Positions 1-11,991 of a stretch of DNA of 39,109 nt are shown here, in pieces; position 1 is the first letter of the stretch, and each line of letters starts with the position of its first letter. Under the pieces are notes generated by a model that was not told the origin of the DNA, did no database searches, and saw nothing but the letters and a program-made list of their open reading frames with translations. Origin of the DNA: Basidiobolus ranarum (lineage: Eukaryota). A program made the translations under genes and the position numbers. Location: assembly GCA_040143965.1 (NCBI GenBank), contig JASJQH010000044.1, positions 1 to 39,109 on the forward strand, written 5' to 3'.

Positions 1-372
1 CACTTGGATTACAACCTGAGTTGCATTGTACAGAATCATCAGCATTACAAATGGAATTATTATATTCATAAAGTTACAAGTGATCACAGTAAATATCTAT
101 CTCCATGCTACTATTGTAGATGATACTGAGTATTGATATACAAATATATAAAGCAGCCTATACCAAAGATAGAAGTATAGAAGCTCATCTGAAATATATC
201 AAGAATGAAAGTATCTGGATAAACAAAAATTGACAGACAATCTTTCAACGAGATTGTGCTTGCATTCTACAAACATGGCAATAGGAATGATGTAGAAGCA
301 CTTTAAGTAAGATATTTTAATAAGCACGACTTTATTACATTCTATCAACATATAGTGGCAACTGTGAATAAT

Positions 373-1228
373 TTATATGCATTCGGATATTGGAAATTTC
401 TCTTCATAAGCACGTTCCTCTTCACACTATACACACATCATTTAGTATACTTGACGAGGAATATTCATTCAATCAAAAAATATGAATCTTTACTAACCAA
501 AAGATTGTACTGCTCAACGAACCACTCTGGAAGTTCTGCAGGCAATGTGACCAAGTCCATATCAAAGAGTTCAATAAATTGTTCATTAACATAACGAGCC
601 TTATTACCAGAGTAACTACGATACTATGAAGTGAATATAAGTGAGTATGTAATTTGGTTTCATTAAATTTACTATAGATTCTTTCGACCACTTTACCTCC
701 ACAATGATAGAGTTGAAATTCCAAGTTTGAAGCTTTCGAAGACAACCAAGAAAAGTACCAGTTTCATGAATACCAGAACTAAGTAGAAAGGAAGAGTTAA
801 ACAGATAGTACTATCATATTTGATAGGTTACTTATTTTATGGCTAAAGTTACATACGTGCACATAATGATGATCGGATAGTTGATGTTATTAAGAACCAA
901 TTCTAAACCCTCTTTGACCAATTCCTCACTTAAAGGTTTCCAACCTAAATCTGGCTTCCAAGCTCTAAGACCCAAGTGAAGCTATCGAGTAAATGAAGGT
1001 TAGAAAAGCAAATGGAAACTAAAGTTAACTGATAAATAAAGTCACCAAAGTTATATCATTTTCGTCGAAAAAATTTAATACCGCTCTTGAAGGTACTTCA
1101 GGTGATAAAACGATAGCAGTTTTTAGGTTTAAAGTCTTTATGAAGGGGAAATGACTTGGCTGTAATAGATCTGAACGATAAAGACCTTTTTCAACTATAC
1201 CAAAGGCCTCCGGTGGAGTGAATAACAT
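373..1228 (-). CDS. Oca/Siw14-family (Y_phosphatase2) tyrosine-phosphatase-like protein, probably catalytically inactive (Oca2/Oca4-like); spliced, about 5 exons
   Basis: Exon 1 from ATG 1228 reads MLFTPPEAFGIVEKGLYRS, typical of the family N-terminus. Spliced continuation reads LHLGLRAWKPDLGWKPLSEELVKEGLELVL...PIIIMCT/SGIHETGTFLGCLRKLQTWNFNSIIVE/YRSYSGNKARYVNEQFIELFDMDLV. Last exon and stop at 373-375 are inferred. Confidence 0.85.
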
Positions 1229-2167
1229 GGTGAAGGCCAAGGTTTTAGGATTCGTTTACTGAGGAATGATACATACAAATTTCCTAAATTCTAAATAGCC
1301 CTAAAATTTACACCTCTCCATGATAAAATATGTGATTCCCATAAACTTGGGAAGAAGTGGATGTTTATTGATAAAAATTGACCAAAAGATCAGAAAATAT
1401 TTACTATAAATTGAACCTACTCTGAATCCACGCTCTCCGGAGTTGACCATCAGAGAAGTAATGCGAGTGAATGAATGATTTCTAGGGCCGAAGGAGCTAC
1501 GAGTTACGAGCTACAATCTACATATATCTATCTCTCAACCTGGAAACCCCAATCCATTCTCTCTTGAGGTGTGTCAACATCTCTCTCAAACTGGTTCCTT
1601 CCACGCATAAATGTCTTTCTAACTTAAAGGAATCTTCCGCCGTTACCAATACCATACAAATGAAATGATTCCTATCCACTGTCTGGCTAATGATGCAAAT
1701 CAACTCAAGGGACTCACTAAAGTTCCCACTTTTCTTCAGCGCAACTATCCACGATAATCCAATGAAATCTCACTTGTTGCGTGTTTGTTTATCAATTCAT
1801 AAGCGTGTGTATCTTCTATTTCCACAGAAACAAATCAACGCCTCATCGCATCAACGTAAAAATAAACGATAATAATAATATTAGAAAGTAAACATGTGTC
1901 TAGTGTGTGCTCGAGATATTATTTCGCCATCTTTCTACATCACAAATAGGTTCCACGGTGAAGGTTATTTCATCATCTTCCCTCTCTACCATCTACAAAG
2001 ACATCCTCTTGTCTTTCCAGCTGTGCGTTTGTGTGTAAAATTGATGAAATGTGAAAGAAAGTAAAGGAGAAAGCGTGAAAAGAAAACTTCTAGAAGAGAC
2101 AAAAACCAGAGAAAACAAAATAATAATAAATTTCGATGCAGCAAGATCTCAGATGCCTCTTGCCCAA

Positions 2168-3362
2168 TTAAGAACGATACGGGGGTGGGCTCTGGGAGCG
2201 TCTTGGAGGAGGAACTGGCTCACGATAATTTGGACTGAAGTCGCGAGGAGGTGGTGGGCTACGATCTACTTGAAAAAGGAGTAGTTTGTTAACCAAAGAA
2301 AATATCACTCGCAGAAACATTAAAAAGACTAACATCCGTAAGATTCTTCGCCATACCCAGGGGGGCCTCCACCACGTCTTGGGGGAGGAGGTCTGCGTGC
2401 GTCTTTCTTGTTACGCCCAATATCCCTGTAGAAAGTATGAGTTTTTAATAAATTTCTGTTGCTAATCTCTCAATGGCAGCGAATTTTCTTTACCAATCCA
2501 TCTTCAATCGACGGCCTTCCACTACAAAATTGTGGTATTTATCAAAAGCATCCTCTGCATCACGACGATCTTCGAACTCAACAAAAGCAAATCTGGCGAA
2601 ATATAATCATGTTCCGATGAGAATGGGTTTTGATAAACCGTTGAAAGTAAAAGGCTTACCCTTTGTTACGGCTAGTATAGCGATCGATAGTGACCGTCAC
2701 GTTTCTGAGACGACCAAATCTCTCGAATAGGTCTGCAACATCCCTTTCTCTGAAACTGTAAGGAAGATTGCCGACGTATAATGTAGTGGAAGCAAGACGC
2801 TCGGATTCGGAGCCTCTGAATGATCAAATCCAGTTAATATATGGATTTAACGATTATACATATTTACATAAATATCAGCAATAAATTCGACTATTCACCT
2901 TTCCACGGGTCCTCTGGGCTTTCTTGGGGCGTTACCTCTTCTATTGTCATCACGGTAACGTGGAGAAGGGCTTCGACGACCACGAGGAGAGTATCCACGT
3001 CTTGGGGAATAACCACCACGACCGCGTCTGGGGGAGTAATCTCTACGAGGAGAATAACCACGACGTCTAGGTGAGTAACCTCTTCTTGGGGAGTAGCCTC
3101 CACCACGCCCAGGAGAGTAAGATGGGCGTCTATAAGGTGGTGGAGAGTAACGCTCTCTACCTCTAGAAGGTGAACGTCCTCTTGGAGGGTAGCCACGATC
3201 TTGTGGAGAATTACCAGAATATCCTCCTAAAGGCTCACTACCTCCTACAGGTGGCATACCAGAAGGATCCATGGAAGAAAGTCCGTTAGGATCCGACATG
3301 GATGTATTTGGGTGATTCAAAGATGGTGGAGAGTTTGGATTTATAGGTAGATTGTTATCCAT
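2168..3362 (-). CDS. SR/Tra2-like splicing-associated RNA-binding protein (RS/YSP-rich N-terminus, one RRM, RS/Pro-rich C-terminus); about 5 exons
   Basis: Exon 1 corresponds to ORF 2895..3362 with RRGYSP repeats. Following exons give RNP2 TLYVGNLPY and RNP1 KG/FAFVEF, then ...VEGRRLKMDW/DIG..., ending RSRSPPPPRDFSP...RSQSPPPYRS* (TAA 2168-2170). Confidence 0.85.
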
Positions 3363-3816
3363 AATTTGTTTACGCTTTTTCCGAAATATAAAAAAAGTCT
3401 ACTTGTTTCTGTTTACGACCAGAATATAAAGTCCACAAAATTGCGTCTGACTCGGTTTAAGTGGAAGAGAAAAAGAAAATGTAACTACAGAGATAAGAAC
3501 CACTTCAATTTGAATTCAGTTTGATTGAATATTCTTTTTTTCCCTCATGATTCGTGGAAATCTGAAAATCTAACCACATCAAAGAAGGGCCAATAAAGAG
3601 GCGATCTACCTTCAATATATTATCGGGAAAGGGTAAATCACCCACTCTTTTGATTAAGATTGCGATCATGTGATGGTGATGAACTTGGATTTTGTTTAAA
3701 ATCAAATCGATTCAAGGATTAAAAATGATGTCCCATTAAATTAACTACTGCATTGATTCATCTCATCTGTGTTCTAGTTGTAGATCTTACGAATTACATA
3801 TCCAAAATAACTTTCA

Positions 3817-4953
3817 ATGGGACTTTTGGGCATTGGCTCTAATGGATATGGTCAACTGTCTCTTGGCCATGGGGAAGATACTTATCTAGCCACAGATTGT
3901 GTGCTATCTGAAGGAGAGGATGAATTTTATCCATCTGACATAGCTTATATTACAGGGGGAGGAAATCACACTGCCGTAGTCACCAATTCTGGAGTGCTTT
4001 ATTTATGCGGACAGAATTCAGATGGACAATTGGGATTACCTTTAGAGATCGCTGACGTACATATATATAAGAGGTTCTCTTCTGTACATAAATGGAAAAG
4101 TGTAGCCTGTGGATGGAATCACACACTGGCACTTACTTCTGAAGGAGTCGTATATAGCTTTGGAAACAATGCCTTTTTACAATTAGGAAATGCTAACGAT
4201 AAAGCATCTACCCATGTTGGATATCTTTTACCACTACCCAAAGTAAAACAAATCTCGTGTGGTTTACGACACTCCATGGCAGTAACTGAAGATGGCCATG
4301 TATATAGTTGGGGCGCCAATAGACATGGTCAAACTGGCCAAAAGTGGGAGAAAACTTCTTCTGTAAATAAAGTAGAAGGGCTAAGCAAGGTTAAAAAAGT
4401 GGTTTGCGGTCAATACCACTCTGTCGTACTCACAGAAACTTCCCAAGTATACGTTTTTGGTTTAAACAAACATGGCCTGCTTGGTATTTCACCTCAGGAG
4501 ATTAATTCTTCCTTTCTACCAGTGGAGATGATATTTTCCACGAGTAGAGATATGGAATCCCCAATTGTAGATATTTCTTCTGGATGGAATCATATTACCG
4601 TGCTTGACCAACAAGGGCATCTTTATACTTGGGGCCGAAACGACCATTTTCAGTTGGGTATGTCAGTTGTGGAAGATAATGAAGAGTGGCTTCGTGTACC
4701 AGTAGCTTTGACATATCGACCTCAGCGCATCCCACTTAGAAGGCCTGTGATAGAGTTTGTTTGCGGAAGCGAGCATACAATTGCGCTTTGTGAAAACGAT
4801 GAATGTTTTACTTGGGGCTGGAATGAACATGGAAATTGTGGCACCGGGAATGTAGTCAATGTATCGTCTCCCACATTGTTGCTCAACGTACGTGATGTCA
4901 AGATGGTCGCATGTGGATATGGACAAACCTTCATCGTTGGTGAACTAGTTTAA
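3817..4953 (+). CDS. ATS1: RCC1/BLIP-II repeat beta-propeller protein, ATS1/KTI13 (SERGEF/DelGEF)-like
   Basis: Intronless 378 aa ORF with about 7 RCC1 repeats (GSNGYGQL, CGWNHT, CGLRHS, CGQYHS, CGSEHT, WGWNEHGNCG). The N-terminal GSNGYGQLSLGHGED and the WGWNEHGNCG motifs resemble Ats1/SERGEF. Family call is firm; orthology is less so. Confidence 0.75.
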   Translation: MGLLGIGSNGYGQLSLGHGEDTYLATDCVLSEGEDEFYPSDIAYITGGGNHTAVVTNSGVLYLCGQNSDGQLGLPLEIADVHIYKRFSSVHKWKSVACGWNHTLALTSEGVVYSFGNNAFLQLGNANDKASTHVGYLLPLPKVKQISCGLRHSMAVTEDGHVYSWGANRHGQTGQKWEKTSSVNKVEGLSKVKKVVCGQYHSVVLTETSQVYVFGLNKHGLLGISPQEINSSFLPVEMIFSTSRDMESPIVDISSGWNHITVLDQQGHLYTWGRNDHFQLGMSVVEDNEEWLRVPVALTYRPQRIPLRRPVIEFVCGSEHTIALCENDECFTWGWNEHGNCGTGNVVNVSSPTLLLNVRDVKMVACGYGQTFIVGELV

Positions 4954-5248
4954 ACAATCTAGCCCTAAGCTTAACCTATATTTGGATTAGAGTTCATCTG
5001 CTGACTCGAATTAGAGATAGTTATTAGCATGGATAATGAATAAACTTCCATCATTAATTTTTGAAACATTCAACTCTTATTATGTGCAACGCAGCCCAAG
5101 TCTATTATTAATTGTCATACGTAACGAACACTTCATGTTGATCTAATACAGGTAAGGAGTATTTATTCTGGATTCATTTTACATGAGGAAACGTGAGGTT
5201 ATATGAGGGATTCAGTGGTCTTGCTACATAGAATATTTTATCATTAAT

Positions 5249-6458
5249 TTAGAAAGTGTAATTGTTCTCTTTTAAAGCATTCTCAACTGCCTTCAATGCA
5301 GTATCCATATGACCACGCTCAGGTTCAAGTACAGAGATACTCATATGACCCAAACGGAAGTATTTGGCACCGATTTCAGCATGAAGACCACCGGCGGCAA
5401 CAACTCCGTTAGCAGAGATCTTGGGTAAAAGATCAGTGGCAACGATGCCTTCTGGGTAATAGACGGCAGACATGGTGTTGGCAGCAATGTCACGGCTGGT
5501 AGGAACCAACTTAAGACCCCATGATTCTAAAGTATCTTTGAATTTCTTGGAAGCCTCACGGTGAGCTTGGAAAACATTATCCATACCACGGTCAGTCAAT
5601 TGCTTTAAGGCAACGTGAAGAGCCTTGACTAGTTGAACGGCAGGAGTAGCAAAATAAGCAGGCTTACGGGATTCATAAGCGTTCATGATGGGCAACCAAC
5701 GAGACCAACCAGCATAGTAGTTAGGAACGGGAGTGCTACGGTTCTTGAACACCTCAATAGCTTGCTTGGAAGCGGCGATGACAGCCAAACCAGGGGGAAC
5801 ACCTAAGGCCTTTTGGGAGGCGGTAAGAGCAACATCAACACCCCATTCATCCATACGGAATTCTTCAGCACCAAGAGAGCAAACACCATCAACGGCAACA
5901 AGAGTATCTGGTGACTTCTCCTTGACAAGTTTGGTGATCTCCTTGACTCTGTTTAATACACCAGTAGAGGTATCTACTTGAGTGATAGAAACAAGCTTGA
6001 ATTTCTTGGATTCCAAGGCTTTAGCGACGTCTTCTACAGCGGTAGCATTACCAATAGGGCATTTAACATGGGTAACTTTAGCACCGTATGTTTCGAAACT
6101 AGTAGAAGAAGATACAGTAAGCATGTTGTTCCAAATAAAATACAAAAAGTACTATAAACGAAACATACCATTCACCGAAACGGTCACCGAAATAGCCAGT
6201 GTTGCAGACTAAAACATCTTCACCAGCTTCGACCAAGTTGGCGGCGGTCATGTCCCAACCCAAGGTACCGGAACCGCAAATAATGAAAGGTTGGCCGGAA
6301 GTAAGGAAAGCCTTACGAACCATCTCGATACATTCACCAAAGATAGGAACAAAAGAAGGATCTACGTGAGAACAAGCAGGAGTAGCCATAGCGTTCAAAA
6401 CATCTTCATGGAACTCAATGGGACCAGGGATCATACAGAGTTTATGGTTAGCAGCCAT
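5249..6458 (-). CDS. AGX1: Alanine--glyoxylate aminotransferase (PLP-dependent, class V)
   Basis: Motifs MIPGP, GSGTLGWD, VDTSTGV, DGVCS, TASQKALG (PLP lysine) and YFATP. One GT-AG intron at 6099-6168 joins the two ORFs (RFGEC/FETYG). Confidence 0.93.
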
Positions 6459-7261
6459 CTTGGTTATAAAGTGAAAAGAGTAAGGTAGAGCTGAACAAAT
6501 AGCGCAGATGGGGTGGGATATTTATTAGTTTCTGGCGATCAGATGAGGGTATAAATCAAGAGAAATCCAGCGACGTGAACGGATCAACTGCCATTCTAAG
6601 AAGTAAAACATACGGCATTGTTCAACAATTCGATCATCTAGAGTTCTCGATAGATTATCACTGCACCCTTCCCCATGCTGAAGAGAATATATTGATTGCA
6701 GTTGGAGAGAATAACAATATATTGGTTACATGAATTCCACCTACCCACACTCACCTATCCTAACCCTAAACAGATTATCTAAGGATAAAATTTCTACAAA
6801 ATGAGGCTTAGGGCCCGCCGAACCTATCCACAAAGTTAGTAACACGAGGTCAAATGTAGGTGTTGAAAATGTATAAACCCTCCCCTAGACCAGTGAAATT
6901 TCTTATACGGATTAGTCGTCACCTAACTTCATAACATATTTTAGATTAGCCCACTTTAGTTATAAAATTAATCCCAACCCGCCACATTTCTCTCCTAGTA
7001 ATCCCGATAGTGCACGATAATTTTACCAATTGAGGATTATAAGTGACGACTATTTTCATAGGTGTCAGGGCATGTTAGGGTATATTTGTATGGTATTTGT
7101 TCCGGTCATTTTATAATCACGTGTACGAACCTTTCGAGATTGAGTAAATCACTAGAATTTATTGAAGTTTATATCATACAAAATGGAAATGAAACAAGAG
7201 TTATGAATACAGCTGGGAGGGCTTCAGATGTGCCCGATGAGATTCACTACAATAAAATAAT

Positions 7262-10200
7262 CTAACATGTTTTGGGTGGTAAATTGGCCTCTTCTATGTC
7301 CACTTCATCTTCCAATGACTTTTGCTTCTTGGAAGAATCAAGAGTGACACTAGAGGATCTCTTTCGGCTTCTTCCTCTAGCTATTTTGGAATCAACCATA
7401 GAAATCAATAAATCCGAATATTTTTGCAGCAATAAATGGGTGAATTCAACTTTAGCAGGCTCAGAGCCATCATCCAATCCCAATACTGGGCTATCTCGCT
7501 GTGATTCTCCTGGTGTTGGCAGACCTGAGGAGGATTGCGATAATATGTCGCTAACATCCTCCTCCGAGTCAGCCTCCCGGTTTGGTACCATATCCATGAG
7601 TCGTGTTTGTAACGAAGAGAATCCTTTTTCAATGGCGACAACCAAGCCATCTCGTTCTGCTTTCACCAATTCAGTCTTCAACAAACGTTCGTGGGATTCT
7701 ATTTCTTTTTCCAGAGAATGTTGTAAGGCCAGGATATTACGAAGAGTACGCTCTCTAGGAGACATGGTGGCGTGGGAGGAGAGTGTTTCTTCAGGAACCG
7801 CCATTTCTTTAATCAATGATCTGCGAATTACCGATGGACTATCAGCAAATCTGACTGCAGGTGAATCCAGTTCCATACGATCTACACTTTCCAATCCTAG
7901 TCGGGATCGGAAAGGTGAGAAATTGTCTGATTCACTGAAATTACCCATCTTTCTAGCAGACAAAACACCCATGACACCCAAGGGACGTCTTGCCGAGGTG
8001 GCAACTCTAGGAGTATTTCTGCGTCTGCTGTTTACACTGGTGGGCACAGATTTGGGGGTTAATGGTGAGTCAACAGAGTTTGCTCTTTTGCGCCTAAATG
8101 TGGCTGGTGATTGATGAGGTGTATCGTTGCCTGAGCCCTTCGCTCCATCTTCACCTAAGGAGACAGCAGTGAATTTGTGGACCAATTCTTTTTTCCCAGG
8201 GGTATCTACATCTTTACTACCTGGTATAACCGAAGCGGAAAGGAATTTGGCACTGATACTCTTACGCAAGTCTTCTCTGGTTGCACCACTAGGGCTAGTC
8301 TCAGGACTTTCATCGATGTCAAAGTAATTGTATAAGTGTGCTGCAGGTGTCTTGAATATTTCATCTTCCTCTGAACCAGCATGTTCTTCGGATACATTTT
8401 CCTCTTCAGAATTGGGTTGCACTTTAGCCAACTCCTTGGGATCTTGTACGGTGACTTTAAAAGTAGCGGCAGGTGTCGTTGGATCCAGAGCTTTACGGTC
8501 GACATATACGACGCTGTCCAAAGTTTCGTCTTCAGAAGATTCCTCTTGATCTTTTGTAGGGAAAATTTTGGCGACTATAGGTGAACTACTATTTAGTAAA
8601 CCTCGGATCTGAGTACTATCCTCATCATCGTAGTCCATGTAGGATTCAGGTTCAGGAGTGTAGCGAACATCAGGGATACCCATACGAGCAAAAGGTCTAT
8701 TTGGAGAATCTTCTGAGAAGAGTACAATTCCTCCACCAGCTGCCCTTTGTGCCCATTGACCTCTAAGGACGGCTGGATTGATTAGCTCCGAACGCTTAAC
8801 TGTTGGTAAAGAAGAGCCTCCAACTGCCCATAGTGGAAGATCATTTTCGGCTGATGAAAACTCGGGATCTGGAGGCAGCTCACCAGTTGGGTTGAAAGTG
8901 ATACAATCATCAAGATCTTCATCATCTTGTGGTCCGGTTGAACTCCAAGAAATAGTTTTGGGAGCGTAGATCAATTTATGCTTGTTCAATACCATCTGTC
9001 TGGTCCAAGATGGAGCTAGTTTCCATACGAAGACACATCCATCACCAGATGTAGAGATCAGCTTTGAGCAATCATGCGAGAACTTAACAGAAGTTATTTG
9101 CTCAGAGTGGCCGGATAGTTTAGTGACCATCTCTCCTGATCGAATATCATAAACACGAATGCACTTATCAGAGCAACTAATGGCTACAAATGAGCCCGAT
9201 GGATCCATGGTAACTCTGATGAAATTAGTGTCGGAGCCATTTTCATCCAGAGACTTGGGTCGGTGAGATATCTCTTGCTTTCCAGTTTCCACATTGAATA
9301 CATGGAACCTCTTATCTTGAGTAATAGGTGTGATGTAGTTTTCAGTAGGATCGATGTCCATATCGTAAATGGATGCCTTAGCACAGTGCTTCTTGTAACT
9401 GACAAAATAAGGGGTATCGAAGTGCTCCGATGCTTTTCTAAAGATAATACTTTGATCCGTTGCGGTACTAATTAACACTTGGCCACCCATGGCGAATTTT
9501 GTGGACGTGATTGCCGCTGAATGATCATCCAATGTTTGAATTAGTTTCAACGATTCGTTGACGTCGAATACATGAATCAATCGATCACGACCTGCAGTGG
9601 CTACTAAAAAGCTGTTTTGTTCATAGGGTTTGGAGAAGTCAATGGACAAGATATCCCCATTATGAGCTTCTTGGAAGGCAATCTGTTCCATGGTTGATAA
9701 ATCATGTAATCGAAGATTACCTTCTCTGTCTCCCGATGCAATGTACCTGCCATCGGGACTGATAGACAGGGTTCTTATACCACCAGGCTTACGATTTTGG
9801 ACTTGCGCAGCTGATCCATCATTCGCATCTGAAGTAGCCTTCTTAGGTTGCGCCTTGTCTGTTCCCGTGTAGATGATTTGCAGAAGCTCTCGACTGTAAA
9901 GATTCCTCTTTGAAGAGTTCTTAGCAGATACTACGGAACTAGGGGAACTAGCTTTGTTTGGTGTGGTAATGTTTTGATGAGATACACCATCTAAGTTCCA
10001 GAAACGAATAGTGCCATCAGCCGAGTAAGTAACGAAAGAGTTCTGCGGAACATCGGCTGACTGTGAATTAGATTCAATCACGGTAGAGTCATCGATATTA
10101 GGGAATAGCTCTACACCCCACACACAACTACTGTGGTACAAGAAGCTACGATACTTTCCGATCATATCAAGACTCTTAATATCCCAAATATAAATACTCC

Positions 10201-11421
10201 TGTCACTGTACACACAAGCAACCTTATCACCATCATGGGCAATACGAACAGCCACTGTATCGGGGAAAACATCGGTAGATTCGGGTTCTTGAAGGAAATT
10301 TTGGGTAGTAATATCAACACCTAATGGATGAGGCTTTGGTAGAGTTCCGATGTAACTCAAACTTTCGGGTTCGAACAAGCGTACCACACCATTCTCACAT
10401 CCACAGATGATATACTTCTCATTAATAGAAATGGAATAAGCCTTGCCAACTTGAAGATCGATCCATTTCTCCACAACTCTTTTGTCACCAAATTGGCAGA
10501 GTAACCCGGAGGATGTTAAGAAATAGGTGTAGTTGGCACCATCGGCAGATTTACGTGTAGCGGCATCAATGAATGTATTATTGCTCAAGTCACCAAGTAC
10601 TCCAGGTCTGCCGGTCATGAGCTTCAATTGAGAATTCTTACCACAGTTTGGTTTATCTTCGAAGTACCAATACTTGATGTGACGTAAACCAGCAGTAACA
10701 CAGTAACTACTATCGCTAGCGAAAGTAAGTGCGTGAACTTTGGAACTGACTTTGTTAGAGGCAACTTTAGCACCGGATTTCCAATTCCAAGCGTTCAAAA
10801 ACCCATCATGTTGGAATCCAACTGAAACCAAAATCTTTCCATTTGGTGAGAAAGCGAGATTCAAGATACCATATTTGTGCCCTTTCAACTCGGATACCAG
10901 GGAGTCATTACGCCAATCCCAAACCAAAACTCTTGGTTGAAATCCGGTCTCTCCAACAGCAAGGTGAGTTCCATCTGGTGAAAAAGTCAAACAAGAGATA
11001 GCTTTCGGGGAGTTTATTAATGCCATTTTGGCCTGTGCCTGATTGGGAGTATTCTCAGTATTAGAACTTTCATTGGCGATACTAGCGGCATCGGGGTCGA
11101 CTTGGAGAAAGTGAAGTTGCTTATTTTTTCTATAGTTGTATAGTACAACGGCGCAGCCGGCTGCGTAAGCGACTATATCCTGAGAAGGATGTACAGCAAA
11201 ATTACTATTCTTTGTCGTAGTCAAACCTAGAACATGCTCGAGAACAGCCTGGGTAATTATCATGGGTTTAGTAAAGAAGGCAATGAATACAGTTGAATTG
11301 GATATACCAGCATACGTACATTAGGTGGTTTTGCGTCCTTTCTCTTGCGTTTTGTGGAAGTTGGCAACGGGGGCCGGGAGGGAGTACGTTTTTTAGGGAC
11401 AGGTTCAAAGTAGTTGAACAT
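7262..11421 (-). CDS. MAPKBP1: WD40-repeat protein of the WDR62/MAPKBP1 family, with a long disordered C-terminal half
   Basis: ORF 7262..11263 has family-typical LEHVLGLT, VAYAAGCAVVLY, CVTAGLRHIKYW, LPKPHPLG, CVYSDRSIYIWD, HSSCVWGVE, SGDREGNLR, TAGRDRLIHV and QTLDDHS. A 34-codon upstream exon (ATG 11421, MFNYFEPVPKKRTPSR...KPPN) joins in phase through intron 11249-11319. Confidence 0.88.
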
Positions 11422-11829
11422 ATTCGAATAAGCAGAAGTGTAGTTTCAAAAAAGGTATGAGATTAAGGGGATAGAAATACTAAAGTCTCAGTCTAAACAA
11501 CAAAAGATGGTAGAAAGTGTAGAACTACTTGGAGATACCTATGCAAAAAGGATATGTCTACGAGGTAAAAATGTAGTGTGAATGTCAAAAGTACGAGTAC
11601 ACTTTGAACTGATAATTCCACTTTCTCTTATATATCAACTAGAAATAAACAATCCCTACAATTGGCCAATCAGCACCTAGTCGTTACAAGACAAACAAAA
11701 CAACTATTTTTCGAGAAAAACAAAGAATTGTTATTGTTTACGAGTAGCATTCTAGGGTGAATGAAATGGGGCAACAAGGATGCCTTATTAGGGTATAAAA
11801 TGTTAATTAATTGCTAGTGATTATGACTA

Positions 11830-11846
11830 TAGGGTTAGGGTTAGGG
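11830..11846 (+). repeat. Short interstitial telomere-type repeat, about 3 x TTAGGG (possible Myb/Tbf1-type binding site)
   Basis: TAGGGTTAGGGTTAGGG read directly from the sequence. Confidence 0.6.
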
Positions 11847-11991
11847 CTACCAATTGCCAAGTCATGACCTAATCAAAGAGGCGTATTTTTATTAACAAAG
11901 GTTGAGGGTGTATGCTATGTAATGATCATTCTCACTAAATTTATAATGTGAAATCCAATAAATATAGAAACAATGAATCGCTAGTGACGGA

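Noticed and set aside
1-310. Coding-like fragments at the left edge
   Set aside because: Short, broken frames with no motif I recognise. A gene or transposon remnant cannot be supported.
1494-1514. GAGCTAC-GAGTTAC-GAGCTAC 7-mer triplet
   Set aside because: Too short to distinguish from slippage, with no supporting context.
5170-5251. Cryptic peroxisomal PTS1 by readthrough of AGX1
   Set aside because: The stop is TAA-ATT rather than a TGA-CTA context, and the extension ends in HVK, which is not SKL-like.
7272-10940. Several plus-strand ORFs, including 280 aa at 7272..8114
   Set aside because: Antisense shadows of the WD40 gene with no motifs. The same applies to ORFs antisense to AGX1, BFR1, SNF2, RPS15, RCC1 and RPL26.
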